Assembly (NCBI RefSeq): GCF_964213995.1
Contig: NC_135830.1
Span: forward strand, 10,106,001 to 10,170,000
Source of the DNA: Mustelus asterias
Taxonomy: Eukaryota
DNA: 64,000 nt
Reading direction: 5' to 3'
This document shows, one piece after another, positions 12,351 through 23,561 of the stretch. How positions within the stretch are numbered: position 1 is the stretch's first letter; the number at the start of each line of letters is the position of its first letter. The notes below the pieces were generated by a model. It did not search any database, had not been told where the DNA came from, and worked only from the letters and a program-made list of their open reading frames with translations. A program made the position numbers and the translations under genes.

Positions 12351-12469
12351 TATCCACCAGTTCCCACTTCTGTTCTTTCTGATGAATGAAGGATCTGTGC
12401 ACAGCTTTTTCGACCCTCCTCCCAATCTCCACATCACAGCAAAAAGATCACCAGTCAACGATAACGACT

Positions 12470-12890
12470 TTCAATGACGGAGGGTTTACCCAGCATTCGC
12501 CGCGGTGGTGAATGTCCCCTATTTACACCAGAAGAAGGCACTGCTCAGGTGCAGTATCACCAGTATTGGCGCGTGCGCACCGTCGGTCATGGCGATGGGG
12601 TGAGTCTCTCTTTTTGTCTCTTTGCCACGAGGAAGGAAGCGGAAACTCTGAGGGAGCGATGGAGCCGGCTCTGGATAAGGAGAGTTTCTAAACACCTGGT
12701 GGACGCCTCAAACCACGATTGAGACTCGGCGCTTCCGTGTTTGCAGCTCCGGATCTTTTTCCGCCCGAGGCCCAAGTCCAGGTTAACGGCCGCCATCTTG
12801 GATCAGCGAGAGGCGCATGCGCCAAGGTCTTCGTGACTCAACAGTGAGGGCGGGGCTGAGATTTTTCAGTTCCCACCGGGTCCTAGTTTC
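12470..12890 (+). promoter_or_regulatory. CpG-rich ZNF promoter cassette between divergent ZNF genes
   Basis: SBS-like TTACCCAGCATTCGCCGCGG ~12487, GCGCGTGCGCA ~12569, donor GGGGTGAGT ~12598, reverse YY1 GCCGCCATCTTG ~12789, GCGCATGCGC ~12813, GC box ~12848. Confidence 0.7.
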
Positions 12891-12909
12891 CAGCACATCA
12901 GAGTTATAA

Positions 12910-13180
12910 TTATTTATTCGTGTCAGAAGTAGGTTTACATTGACACTACAATGAAGTTACTGTGAAAATCCCCCAGTCGCCACACTCCGACGCCTGTTCG
13001 GGTACACAGAGAGAATTTAGCATGGCCAGAGCACCTAACCAGCACATCTTTCGGACTGTAGGAGGAAACCTGAGCACCCGAAGGAAACCCACACAGACAC
13101 AGGGATAATGTGCAAACTCCACACAGACAGTGACCCAATCCGGGAACTGAAGCCAGGTCTAACCACTGTGTCACCATGCC
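12910..13180 (-). mobile_element. V-SINE, alternative-tail subfamily
   Basis: Matches 7360-7660. Confidence 0.7.
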
Positions 13181-14244
13181 TCCTAGCGAACTGGGCAACA
13201 GGTGTCTAAACAGTTTCACCCGCTCCCAGCCTGCAGCTGGTGTTTACAGGAGTCCATGAACCATGTACATATTCAGTGTGAGAGGTTGCAGTTCCTGAAG
13301 GAGCTGCTTCTCCACTTTTAGTTACACTTCTATTCTGCCCCACGCTCCTAATCATTGGCTTCCCATGTGGAGGACGCTTGGGAGGTCAGAGGATCTTTTC
13401 CTGGACCTGCTCTTGGGGCTGGTTAAAACAGTGATTTGTAGATCTGCATGGGGTAACTAGGTTGTCGGCCTCTCTCCCACGGTCTTGTCCATGCTCTTGT
13501 GGTCCTGGAGAAGAAGCGTGCAGTGTCGACTGGAACACTCGAAAACTCCACAACTCAGGGTACAGAGTGTCTCATAGACACTGGAAACAGAATTCTGGTT
13601 TAGTTGAGATGGAAGTTGATTGGACCACAAGATTGGGGAAACAAGAAACAAAAGAATATTCCATGGAAGCAAGAATTGTCTGTTCTGACTTTCTACCCTG
13701 TGCTGACAATGATACTGACTCTGTCAATGTCTTTTACAAGGTCCACGAGGGCGATGAATTGCAGATGGGAAACTGAAACCAAACATCACATCAAGATCTG
13801 ACAGAGTCACTCAATTCATCAGGACCTGAATATCATCGACCTTTAAATGTGGAAGGAGAAATGTTTTTCTGTTTTGGCGGTGCGGAAAGATTTCAAACAT
13901 CAGTGTGACTAGAAAAGCACCAAGACATACACACACACCTGGGTGAGAGTGTTCCAGTAAACTGACTGGAAAGAGCTTTAACCAGTTACACAGCCTGATT
14001 TTAAAATAATCTCACTATTCACAGCAGAGAGCCAAAGGATGAGAAGATCTTGGAGCAGAATTAGGCCATTGGGCCCATTGAGTCTGCTCCACTATTCACT
14101 GATCTGATATAATCCTGAACTCCACTTTCCTGCCTGATCCCCATGACTCTTGACTCTCTTACTGAGAAATAATACACAAGTTCTTTGTGTGGACAAGGCT
14201 TGAACAGATTGTTTAACCTGGAGAGACACAAGGACACCTGTACC

Positions 14245-15390
14245 ATGGAGAAACCATGGAAATGTGGGGACTGTGGGAAGGGATTCAGTTACCCATCGCT
14301 GCTGGAAATACATCGCCGCGGTCACACTGGGGAGAGACCATTCACCTGCTCCGTGTGCAGGAAAGGATTCATTCAGTCATCCCACCTGCTGACCCACCAG
14401 CAAGTTCACATTGAAGAGAGGCTTTTTAGCCACTCTGACAGCGATAACAACTCTAAAAGCTCTGAGGACCTGGTCAAGCACCAGATTGTTCACATTGCAA
14501 GACAGTTCAGTTGCTCCCACTGTGGGAAGCTGTTTAAACGATCACAGAACCTCATTGAACACGAACGCACTCACACTGGGGAGAGGCCATTCACCTGCTC
14601 TGTGTTTGGGAAGAGATTCACACGATCATCCCACCTCGCTACACACCGACTGGTTCACACTGATAACAGACCTTTCAAATGTTCCGAATGTGAGAAGAGT
14701 TATAAAACCACAAGTGATCTGCTGATACACCAGCGAGTTCACAATGAGGAGAGGCCATTCAGATGTACGGTGTGTGGGAAGGGATTCACTCTGTTATCCA
14801 GCCTCCAGAAACACCAGCGAGTTCACACTGGGGAGAGGTCGTTCACCTGCTCCTTGTGTGGAAAAGGATTCATTTATTTAACCAGCCTCAGATCACACCA
14901 ACTTGTTCACTCAGATAAGAAACCTTTCAAATGTTCTGAATGTGAGAAGAGCTTTAAGACCTCAAGTGTTCTGCTGAGGCACCAGCAAGTTCACTCCGGG
15001 GAGAGACCGTTCACCTGCTCCGACTGTGGAAAGGGATTCACTTGCTCATCCAACCTGCAAACACACCAGCACATTCACACCGGGGAGAAACCGTTCACTT
15101 GCTCTGAGTGTGGGAAGGGATTTTCTCACTCATCCCACCTGCAAACACACCAGCACATTCACACCGGGGAGAAACCGTTCACTTGCTCTGAATGCGGGAA
15201 GGGATTTTCTCACTCATCCCACCTGCTGAGACACCAACACACTCACAATGGAGAGAGACCGTTCACCTTCTCTGAGTGTGAGATGGGATTCACTCAGTCA
15301 ACCCATCTTCTAACACACCAGCAAATTGGCAAGTGTCTGGAGGAATTGGATTCTGCTGTTATTGCTGCTGTTAATCACATCCAGGACTGA
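14245..15390 (+). CDS. C2H2 zinc-finger protein (10 canonical + 3 degenerate fingers)
   Basis: Open frame from ACCATGG at 14245 (MEKPWKCGDCGK) with TGERP/TGEKP linkers; acceptor-like TTTTACAAG ~13740; upstream fingers decayed. Confidence 0.9.
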   Translation: MEKPWKCGDCGKGFSYPSLLEIHRRGHTGERPFTCSVCRKGFIQSSHLLTHQQVHIEERLFSHSDSDNNSKSSEDLVKHQIVHIARQFSCSHCGKLFKRSQNLIEHERTHTGERPFTCSVFGKRFTRSSHLATHRLVHTDNRPFKCSECEKSYKTTSDLLIHQRVHNEERPFRCTVCGKGFTLLSSLQKHQRVHTGERSFTCSLCGKGFIYLTSLRSHQLVHSDKKPFKCSECEKSFKTSSVLLRHQQVHSGERPFTCSDCGKGFTCSSNLQTHQHIHTGEKPFTCSECGKGFSHSSHLQTHQHIHTGEKPFTCSECGKGFSHSSHLLRHQHTHNGERPFTFSECEMGFTQSTHLLTHQQIGKCLEELDSAVIAAVNHIQD

Positions 15391-16084
15391 ACAATGTTCA
15401 TTCTACAGTTGGGGTGTGTTTTTGCTGATGTTTGTGATTGCTATAACTGGGCTGGAGTTTATTACTCCGAATAAATGTCAAATTAACTCATATTGTTTAA
15501 GACACAAAGCTGGGACCTTCATTTCTCCAGGATAAGAAAATATTAATCAATGTCTTGTTACTAATTGCTGCATTTTTGTAGCCTTTTCTCTTTTCTAACT
15601 CAGTTTTCATACCTTCAGTTACTCTCCTGGGCAAGTCCCAGCTCCCCATACCTTCCAGAGTGTCTTTCCTGGCATCGGAATCCAGGGAAGACATCAGTAA
15701 CACATCCGTGATCACCAAACACAAATCACAGTTGTTTGCACTGATCCACTGTTTCCCCAGTCATTGAGGATGGTGATGTTTGTGGAGCTTTCACTTTCTG
15801 TGATTTGTTTAATTGCCCACCACCATTCACGACTGGATGTGGGGGGACTGCAGCTCTGATCTGATCCGTTGTTTGTGGGATCGCTTGGCCCTGCCTGGAA
15901 CATGCTGCTTCTGCTGTTTAGCGTGCTTATAGTCCCATGTTACAGAGTAACCAGGTTGGAATCTCAGTTTTAGGGTGCCCAGTGCTGCTCCTGACTTGTT
16001 CTCCTACACTCCATGTTGAACTAGCGGAGGTGATGACTGGTGGTATTATTGCTGAACTATTAATCCAGAAACTCAGCTAATGAT

Positions 16085-16650
16085 TTGGTATGGTACATTG
16101 GGGAAACCATGCAGACGCTACGACAACGGATGAATGAACACCGCTCGCCAATCACCAGGCAAGACTGTTCTCTTCCTGTGGGGGAGCACTTCAGCAGTCA
16201 CGGGCATTCAGCCTCTGATCTTCAGGTAAGCGTTCTCCAAGGCGGCCTTCACGACACACGACAGCGCAGAGTCGCTGAGCAGAAACTGATAGCCAAGTTC
16301 CGCACACATGAGGACGGCCTAAACCGGGATGTTGGATTTATGTCACGTTATCAGTAACCCCCACAGCTTGCCTCCTGGACTTGCAGGCTGTCCTGTCTGG
16401 AGACAATACACATCTCTTTAACCTGTGCTTAATGCTCCCTCCTCCCACATTGTCTGTATCTTTAAGATCTGGCTGGTTGTAGGGATTCGCATTCTAATCA
16501 GTATTCTGTAACTTGATTTTTGTGTCTATGTGCCCTGTTTGAGAGCACTTTTCCACTCCATCTGACGAAGGAGCAGCGCTCCGAAAGCTAATGGTATTTG
16601 CTACCAAATAAACCTGTTGGACTTTAACCTGGTGTTGTTAACACTCTTAC
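16085..16650 (+). mobile_element. Penelope-like element 3' fragment (GIY-YIG endonuclease C-terminal half + 3' repeat)
   Basis: WYIGETMQTLRQRMNEH...VGEHF...RRVAEQKLI..F.T..GLNRD, the PLE GIY-YIG signature; matches 25970-26545. Confidence 0.85.
16558..16594 (+). ncRNA. Minimal type I hammerhead ribozyme motif (PLE-associated)
   Basis: CCAT-CTGACGA-A-GGAGC agc GCTCC-GAAA-GCT-A-ATGG: intact core, stem II, palindromic AGCT stem III, stem I CCAT/ATGG. Confidence 0.7.
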
Positions 16651-16689
16651 TCTGCTCCCTCTACTCAGGTCTGAACTGCTGGTAGGACA

Positions 16690-18180
16690 GCACATTTTGG
16701 CAGGAAGAATAAAAGGGAAGCAGATTATCTAAATGGTGAGAGATTGTAGAGCTCTGAGATGCAGAGGGATCTGAGTGTTCTAGAGATTGAATAAACTGGG
16801 ATTGTTCTCCCTGGAAAGATGGAGGCTGAGGCGTGACCTGATAGACGTTTATCAAATTATGAGGGGTATGGATAGGATGAACAGTTGGGACCTTTTTGCC
16901 AGGGCAGAAATGACAATTACAAGGCGGCACAAGCTCAAGATAAGGGGGAAAGGTTCAGTGGAGATGTGCGGGGGATGTTCTTTACACAGAGGGTGGTGGG
17001 GCCTGGAATGCGCTGCCAAGTGAGGTGGTTGAGGCAGACACGTTAGTGACATTTAAGACTTATCTGGGGCGGCACGGTAGCACAGTGGTTAGCACTGCTG
17101 CTTCACAGCTCCAGGGTCCCGGGTTCGATTCCCGGCTCGGGTCACTGTCTGTGTGGAGTTTGCACATTCTCCTCGTGTCTGCGTGGGTTTCCTCCGGGTG
17201 CTCCGGTTTCCTCCCACAGTCCAAAGATGTGCGGGTTAGGTTGATTGGCCAGGTTAAAAAAATTGCCCCTTAGAGTCCTGGGATGCGTAAGTTAGAGGGA
17301 TTAGCGGGTAAAATATGTGGGGGTAGGGCCTGGGTGGGATTGTGGTCGGTGCAGACTCGATGGGCCGAATGGCCTCCTTCTGCACTGTAGGGTTTCTATG
17401 ATTCTTTCTATGAAACATATGAACAGACGGGGAATAGAGCGATATAAGCGGTTGGTCTCGATAGGACAATGTGATCAGTGTTGGCCGAAGGGCCTGTTCC
17501 TGTGCTGTTATTTGTTCTTTGCATGAATCACAAAAAGCTCGTAAGCAGGAAAAGCAAGTAATTAGGAAAGCTATCATTTGTGAGGGGAATTAATTACATA
17601 AATATGGAGGTTATGCTTCAGTTATCCAGAGCACCAGTGAGACCACATCTGGAGTACGGTGTACAGTATTGGTCATCTTGTTTAAGCAAGGATGTAAATA
17701 CATTGGAAGCAGTCGATTGACCAGACTAATGCCAGAAATGTGTGGATTATGGGTAAAGCTTGGACAGGCTTGGTTTGTGTCTGCTGGAGTTTAGAAGAGT
17801 AAGATAAATTTGATCGAAACATGGAAGATCCTGAAGGGTCTTGACAGGTTGATGTGGAAAGGATGTTTCCTCTTGTGTGAGAATCTAGAGCTCGGGGTCC
17901 CTGTTTAAAAATAAGGGTTCACACATTTAAAACGGAGATGAGGTTAAATATTTTCTTTCAGGAGGGTCGTAAACCTCTGGAATGCTCTTCTGAAAAGACG
18001 GTGGGAGCAGGATCTTTGAATATTTTTAAGGCTGATGTAGATAGATTCTTGGCAAGCAAGTGGGTGATAGATTATTGGGGGTAGGCAGGATGCAGATTTA
18101 AGGTTACTATCAGATCAGCCCTGATCTGATTAAATGGTGGAGCATACTCAAGGGGCCAAATAGCCGAATCCTGCTCCTTG
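16690..18180 (+). mobile_element. CR1 LINE 3' fragments with a nested young HE1 SINE (17067-17405)
   Basis: LNKLGLFSLERWRLRRDLIDVYQIMRG motif; second degraded CR1 3' end ~17540-18180. Confidence 0.75.
17067..17405 (+). mobile_element. HE1-type V-SINE (young, full length)
   Basis: GGGCGGCACGGTAGCACAGTGGTTAGCAC...GGTTCGATTCCC...GGGTTTCCTCCGGGTGCTCCGGTTTCCTCCCACAG...CTGTAGGGTTTCTATGATT; near-identical copies at 20471, 41515, 45470, 49569. Confidence 0.9.
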
Positions 18181-19344
18181 TTCCTGTGAGACATTGGCAG
18201 TAAGATATGATTCAAAGTATGACTGTGTCAGCCTGTTGCTTGACTGGACTGTTTGACTGTAGGAACGGTCATGTTTAATAGTTTGTAGCTTAGTTATGTG
18301 TAATCATCAAGTAATTGAAGCTTATTAGTCAATTAACCTGATGTGATATTCTGCTGAATTGTAATACATTCGTACCATGTAACTGGCTTTGTCTGTAGCT
18401 GCATCCTTATTTGACAAGTGAAATACATCACATGACCCAAGGCCGGTGTAAAGCTACACTTTTATACTTTAATCACAGAGTCCTGTGGATCCCATCAACT
18501 CTGGATGAGCTGAGGTCTAGAATTGTTCATTCCTCTGCCATTGACAACAACAGTTATACTTGAGTTAGCGACCATATTGTGAAGAAACCAGCTGTGAAGT
18601 TTCAAACCTTCAGCACCGTGTCGTAAATTAATGTATCCTTTTAACTTGTAATATCTTAAAAGAAGCAGTTACTTTCCTTCAGACTTTATAACTATCTTTG
18701 ATTTGAAAAATTAAAGATTTTAGTTCTCCAATCAGTTTTCATAGCGTAGTGGTTATTCTGACTCATTCGTTTTGAACATTTATAAATTGAATGTATTATG
18801 TTGTATTTGTGTTTCCTGCTATCTCACCTTTTACACACTGATTTGATGCCCACATTCTTTGGATTTTAGATCTGAAGTAACTTTGTAATTTCTGTATTAG
18901 TTTAAGTCTGTGTGTCACTTTGTGTCCTTTTAATTAACTGTGTTCCAATCTCTGGCAACCACTACAAAAACCAGCAAGCACTTTCTTTAACCAAAATATA
19001 CTGATAGTCACCTGCCCCAATGAGGACTCTACAGGATTTCTACACATCAATTAGACATTTGAGACAATGAACCCAAATGTTAACCATTGGGATTTGACAC
19101 CATAAACTTGCTTTTCTCAAATAAGTGACAAAGAAGGTATCTTTAGGCCCCCATTATCTCAGTACGAAGCCATAAAATTTAATAAAATGACAGGAAAGGT
19201 TATAACGTGAGGCAGACTCCGAAAGTAACTGATACATAAGAGGGCCAGCCAGGAGGCTGCAGGAAATGATCGGTAGATGACCATCACCATGAAGAAACCA
19301 ATCAGAAACTGATTACACACCACCGACATCAATCAGGGACATCT

Positions 19345-19670
19345 TTCTTGTGTCCAACCAAATAAACAAAATCAGCTTAACTTCGGGACAACTCAAAAGG
19401 GGCAGCTCCCTAAAAGGAGGGGAACCGCCCGAAACAAAAAACAAAGCGGAAAGGAAACTTAAAGCATCAAATTAAAATGTGATTAAAGGGGTCAATAACA
19501 CACCCCAGTCCCTGCAGTGCCCAGCGGGCATGGAAGGCTTCAGTGGTGCCTTCGGACACCGCATGCTCCCTTTCCAGGGACACCTGGCCACGAATATAGC
19601 TGCGGTAGAGGGGGCAGACAGTCAGGTTGAAGACCCTCTCGATCACCCTCTGCCTGGACCTGTAGATGGA
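19345..19670 (-). mobile_element. Tx1-type LINE 3' end fragment
   Basis: Homologous to 35425-35735 (GGGGCAGCTCCC.AAAAGGAGGGG; ORF end EREHAVS.G...AF). Confidence 0.7.
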
Positions 19671-19859
19671 ATTAAATCAATCAGAGACTGATCATGTGAA
19701 CCAGAGTTCAGGAACGCCATTGATCATGTACAAGGGGCTGTGTCCAGAAAAAGTTAATAAGTATCAGCTTTCAGCTGCCCGGTTCACAGCTCAGAGAAGC
19801 TGAGTAGGAAGAAGATAGACAACAGTCTATCTGTATTATGTCACCCAGTGGCGGCATGT

Positions 19860-20370
19860 AGATGAGAAACAGGAGGGGCAAAGGATAAACACTTGGGGGA
19901 CACCGAGTGCAGGGCCTTTGGAGAGGAAAGAGAGGTTGGAGATGGAGTAGGAGTTGGCAAAGACTGTGGGATTGAGTGTTTTTTTAGGATTGGTGATGAC
20001 AGTGGATTTGAAAGTGAGAGGGACAGTATGAGAGAAAAGAGAGAACCGTCAACAATATCACCTAATGTGGGGAAGTTGGATGATCAGCAGTTTAGTGAGA
20101 ATAGGATTGATGGAGCACAAGGTGGGTCTCATGGACAAGATGCAGAGGGCATGAAGGGAGATAGGAGAGAAACTGGAGAAAGCTGTAGGTTCTGGGCTTG
20201 GGCAAGATGGAACTTTAGACACAGTTTGTCCCGGTGGGCTAGTGGAAGGGAGGGAAGCAGCAGAGGCAGCTGATCAGATTGTCCCAATCTTACAAAGAAG
20301 CTCCATGAGCTCCTCACACTTGGAGGTGAGGATGGAAGAGACAGGGGAGCACGAGAACCCTTCAAAAGGA
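19860..20370 (-). mobile_element. L2-like LINE remnant that lies 3' of ZNF exons
   Basis: Reverse of GAGGAGCTCATGGAGCTTCTTTGT..AAGATTG..ACAATCTGATCAGCTGCC, shared with 39840, 48675/49040, 55515 and 60380. Confidence 0.55.
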
Positions 20371-20433
20371 AATAACATATGTTAAAGGAGTTAAAAGATT
20401 AAACACTGTTAACACAAAGCTAATTTATTGAAA

Positions 20434-20990
20434 TTACTTGTGAATTCGCTGGTGACTCAGAAGGTTGGAAGGGCGGCACGGTAGCACAGTGGTTAGCACT
20501 GCTGCTTCACAGCTCCAGGGTCCCAGGTTCGATCCCCGGCTCGGGTCACAGTCTGTGTGGAGTTTGCACATTCTCCTCGTGTCTGTGTGGGTTTCCTCCG
20601 GGTGCTCCGGTTTCCTCCCACAGTCCAAAGATGTGCGGGTTAGGTTGATTGGCCAGGTTAAAAATTGCCCCTTAGAGTCCTGGGATGTGTAGGTTAGAGG
20701 GATTTAGCGGGTAAAATATGTGGGGGTAGGGCCTGGGTGGGATTGTGGTCGGTGCAGACTCGATGGGCCGAATGGCCTCCTTCTGCACTGTAGGGTTTCT
20801 ATGGTTTCTATGATGACTGAGTGAATCCCTTCCCACACTGGGAGCAGGTGAATGGTCTCTCCCCAGTGTGAACTCGCTGATGTACAGTGAGGTCAGATGA
20901 TGTCTTGAACCCAGCGTCACAGTGAGAGCACCTGAATGGTTTCTCGTCAGTGTGAACACGTTGATGGCGCATCAGTTCCCCAGAACTTCT
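20434..20990 (-). pseudogene. C2H2 ZNF 3' relic interrupted by HE1 SINE (20471-20812)
   Basis: Reverse reads ..[57 protein letters not shown] [SINE] NLLSHQRIHK*. Confidence 0.8.
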
Positions 20991-21200
20991 AAATCAAGTT
21001 ACAGAATACAAATTAGAATGCGAATCTAATTAGATTCGCATTCTAATTAGTATTCTGTAACTTGATTTCTGTGTCTGTGCACTGTTTGAGAGCAGATATC
21101 CACTCCATCTGACGAAGGAGCAGTGCTCCGAAAGCTTATGGTATTTGCTACCAAATAAACCTGTTGGACTTTAACCTGGTGTTGTGAGACTTCTTACTGT
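20991..21200 (+). mobile_element. Penelope-like 3' repeat fragment with 5' fold-back
   Basis: Matches 16483-16650; 20991-21068 is an inverted repeat centred on CTAATTAG. Confidence 0.8.
21105..21141 (+). ncRNA. Minimal type I hammerhead ribozyme motif
   Basis: CCAT-CTGACGA-A-GGAGC agt GCTCC-GAAA-GCT-T-ATGG. Confidence 0.7.
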
Positions 21201-21589
21201 TCTGTGACCAAGCCAGTTCTCCACCCATCCAGCCACCTCCCCCTTTATCCCATGAGATCCATGAGATCAGTAAACCATTCCGAGAAAATATCACCTCCAG
21301 ACACAGAGATCAGTATCCCCCTGATCCGGGATCAGTAAACCATTCTGAGGAGAATATCACCTCCAGCGATCAGCGGAGATCAGTATTTCCTTCATCCGGG
21401 ATCTTACCTATTACAGGTTTTATGTCTTTTATGTATCATATCTAAACTGTTGCTTCTTAATAACTGAGTGAAAAATCACCGATGACTTCTATCCATTTTT
21501 TGGGTATTTCTGGTCATCTATAATCCCCAGACTGAAACATTACACTCGTCCATGAGAGTAACTGAAATAATCTAGAGTAATGATGTTAG

Positions 21590-22030
21590 TTGTGGCTCAG
21601 TGGTTCCATTCTTATCTCTGAGTCAGGAGGTTGAGGGTTAAAATCCACATCCAGAAACATCAGCATCAAATCCAGGCTGATATTCTGATGCAGTTCTGAG
21701 GGGGCACTGCACTGTCACAGGTCCCATCTTCCAGATGAGACCTTCAACCATGGCCCCATCTGCCCTCTTAGTTGGGTGTAAAACTTCCCAGGATGTTATT
21801 CCAAAGAGCAGAGGAGTTTATTGCTTGATATTTATCCCTCAACAATCATCACTGAACAGATTCTCTGTTCACAATCACATTTGTGTGTTTGATCTTGCTG
21901 TGCACAATTTGGGGACAGCATTTTCTACACGAAGGCATTGATTACACTTCAACGAACTTCATTGGCTGTAAAAGCACGTTGGGACATCCTGAAGTTGTGA
22001 AAGGCGCTATTATAAATATAAATCTTCCAT
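21590..22030 (+). mobile_element. DeuSINE (SacSINE1/AmnSINE1-like) with L2-type tail
   Basis: tRNA-like head, then AGGCTGA..TGCAGT.CTGAGGG..CTGCACTGTC..GATGAGAC..GGCCCCATCTGCCCTCT..GATATTTATCCCTCAAC (Deu-domain-like, from recall) and tail GTGAAAGGCGCTAT.ATAAAT. Confidence 0.65.
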
Positions 22031-22843
22031 TAAAAAAGGAGAAAAGACCCAACAATTGAAGAGTCAGTAACAGGACATCAATCAGTCTCCTCTCAGTGAA
22101 ATCAAGGACTCCGACACTGAGTTTGTCACAAAGCTGATTTAATTATAAACAGATTATTAAACTCCAGCCCAGGTCCAAGGATTATTAACGTCAACTGAAA
22201 AAAAAAACTCCAAATATCAGAATGAACACAGTTGAGTCCTGGATGTGATTAAAGCAGAATCCAACCCCTGGAATCACTTGTTATCTCACTGGTGTGTCTG
22301 CAGGGTGAATGAGAATAAATTGCTTCTCTCGCACACTGCAGGTGAAAGGCCTCTCCAGTATCTGTGGGTTGGTGTCTCAGCAGATTACTTTTTTCATATT
22401 CATTTACAGGATGTGGGCATCTCTGTCCACATCCCATTCCGAGGAGAATATCACCTCCAGCGATCAGCGGAGATCAGTATTTCCTTCATCCGGGATCTTA
22501 CCTATTACAGGTTTTATGTCTTTTATGTATCATATCGAAACTGTTGCTTCTTAATAACTGAGTGAAAAATCACCGATGACTTCTATCCATTTTTCAAATG
22601 CTCAGGCCAGCATTTATTGCCCCTTCCTCATTACTCTTGTGAAGGTGGTGGTGAGCTGCCTTCTTCAATCACTGCAATCTCTGTGGTGCAGGTACACGGT
22701 GCTGTTAGGGAGGGAGCTTTTAAACCTCTTCTCACAGTCCAACCATTTATGATGTGGAGATGCCGGCGTTGGACTGGGGTAAACACAGTAAGAAGTTTAA
22801 CAACACCAGGTTAAAGTCCAACAGGTTTATTTGGTAGCAAAAG

Positions 22844-22888
22844 CCACACAAGCTTTCGAGGCTCTGAGCCCCTTCTTCAGGTGAGTGG
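22844..22888 (-). ncRNA. Minimal type I hammerhead ribozyme motif (left arm)
   Basis: Reverse complement of 23517-23561. Confidence 0.65.
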
Positions 22889-23516
22889 GAATTCTGTTCA
22901 CAAACAGAACTTATAAGACACAGACTCAATTTACATGAATAATGGTTGGAATGCGAATACTTACAACTAATCCAGTCTTTAAGAAACAAAACAATGGGAG
23001 TGGAGAGAGCATCAAGACAGGCTAAAAAGATGTGTATTGTCTCCAGACAAGACAGCCAGTGAAACTCTGCAGGTCCACGCAACTGTGGGAGTTACAAATA
23101 GTGTGACATAAATTCTGATTCTAGGATCGCATGATAAAGACTCAGGAGGAAAAAAGCAGAAATATTTATGTGAAATAGTGTGACATAAACCCAATATCCC
23201 GGTTGAGGCCGTCCTTGTGTGTGCGGAACCTGGCTATCAGTTTCTGCTCCGCGACTCTGCGCTGTCTTTATCATGCGATCCTAGAATCAGAATTTATGTC
23301 ACACTATTTGTAACTCCCACAGTTGCGTGGACCTGCAGAGTTTCACTGGCTGTCTTGTCTGGAGACAATACACATCTTTTTAGCCTGTCTTGATGCTCTC
23401 TCCACTCCCATTGTTTTGTTTCTTAAAGACTGGATTAGTTGTAAGTATTCGCATTCCAACCATTATTCATGTAAATTGAGTCTGTGTCTTATAAGTTCTG
23501 TTTGTGAACAGAATTC

Positions 23517-23561
23517 CCACTCACCTGAAGAAGGGGCTCAGAGCCTCGAAAGCTTGTGTGG
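23517..23561 (+). ncRNA. Minimal type I hammerhead ribozyme motif (right arm)
   Basis: CAC-CTGAAGA-A-GGGGCT cag AGCCTC-GAAA-GCT-T-GTG: stem I CAC/GTG and a different stem II covary relative to the 16558 copy. Confidence 0.7.

Noticed and set aside
12587-12796. MAAVNL.. small ORF family (also 27244-27444, 687-998)
   Set aside because: The ATG is part of the YY1 motif AAGATGGCGGC and the reading frame is not conserved between copies
17067-17140. tRNA gene calls at SINE heads
   Set aside because: A/B-box-like heads run directly into V-SINE bodies; these are SINEs, not tRNAs
18190-19340. Possible solo LTR or unknown repeat (similarly 47480-48330, 59780-60270, 60900-61370)
   Set aside because: AT-rich, LTR-like feel, but no verifiable termini, TSD, PBS or coding motif
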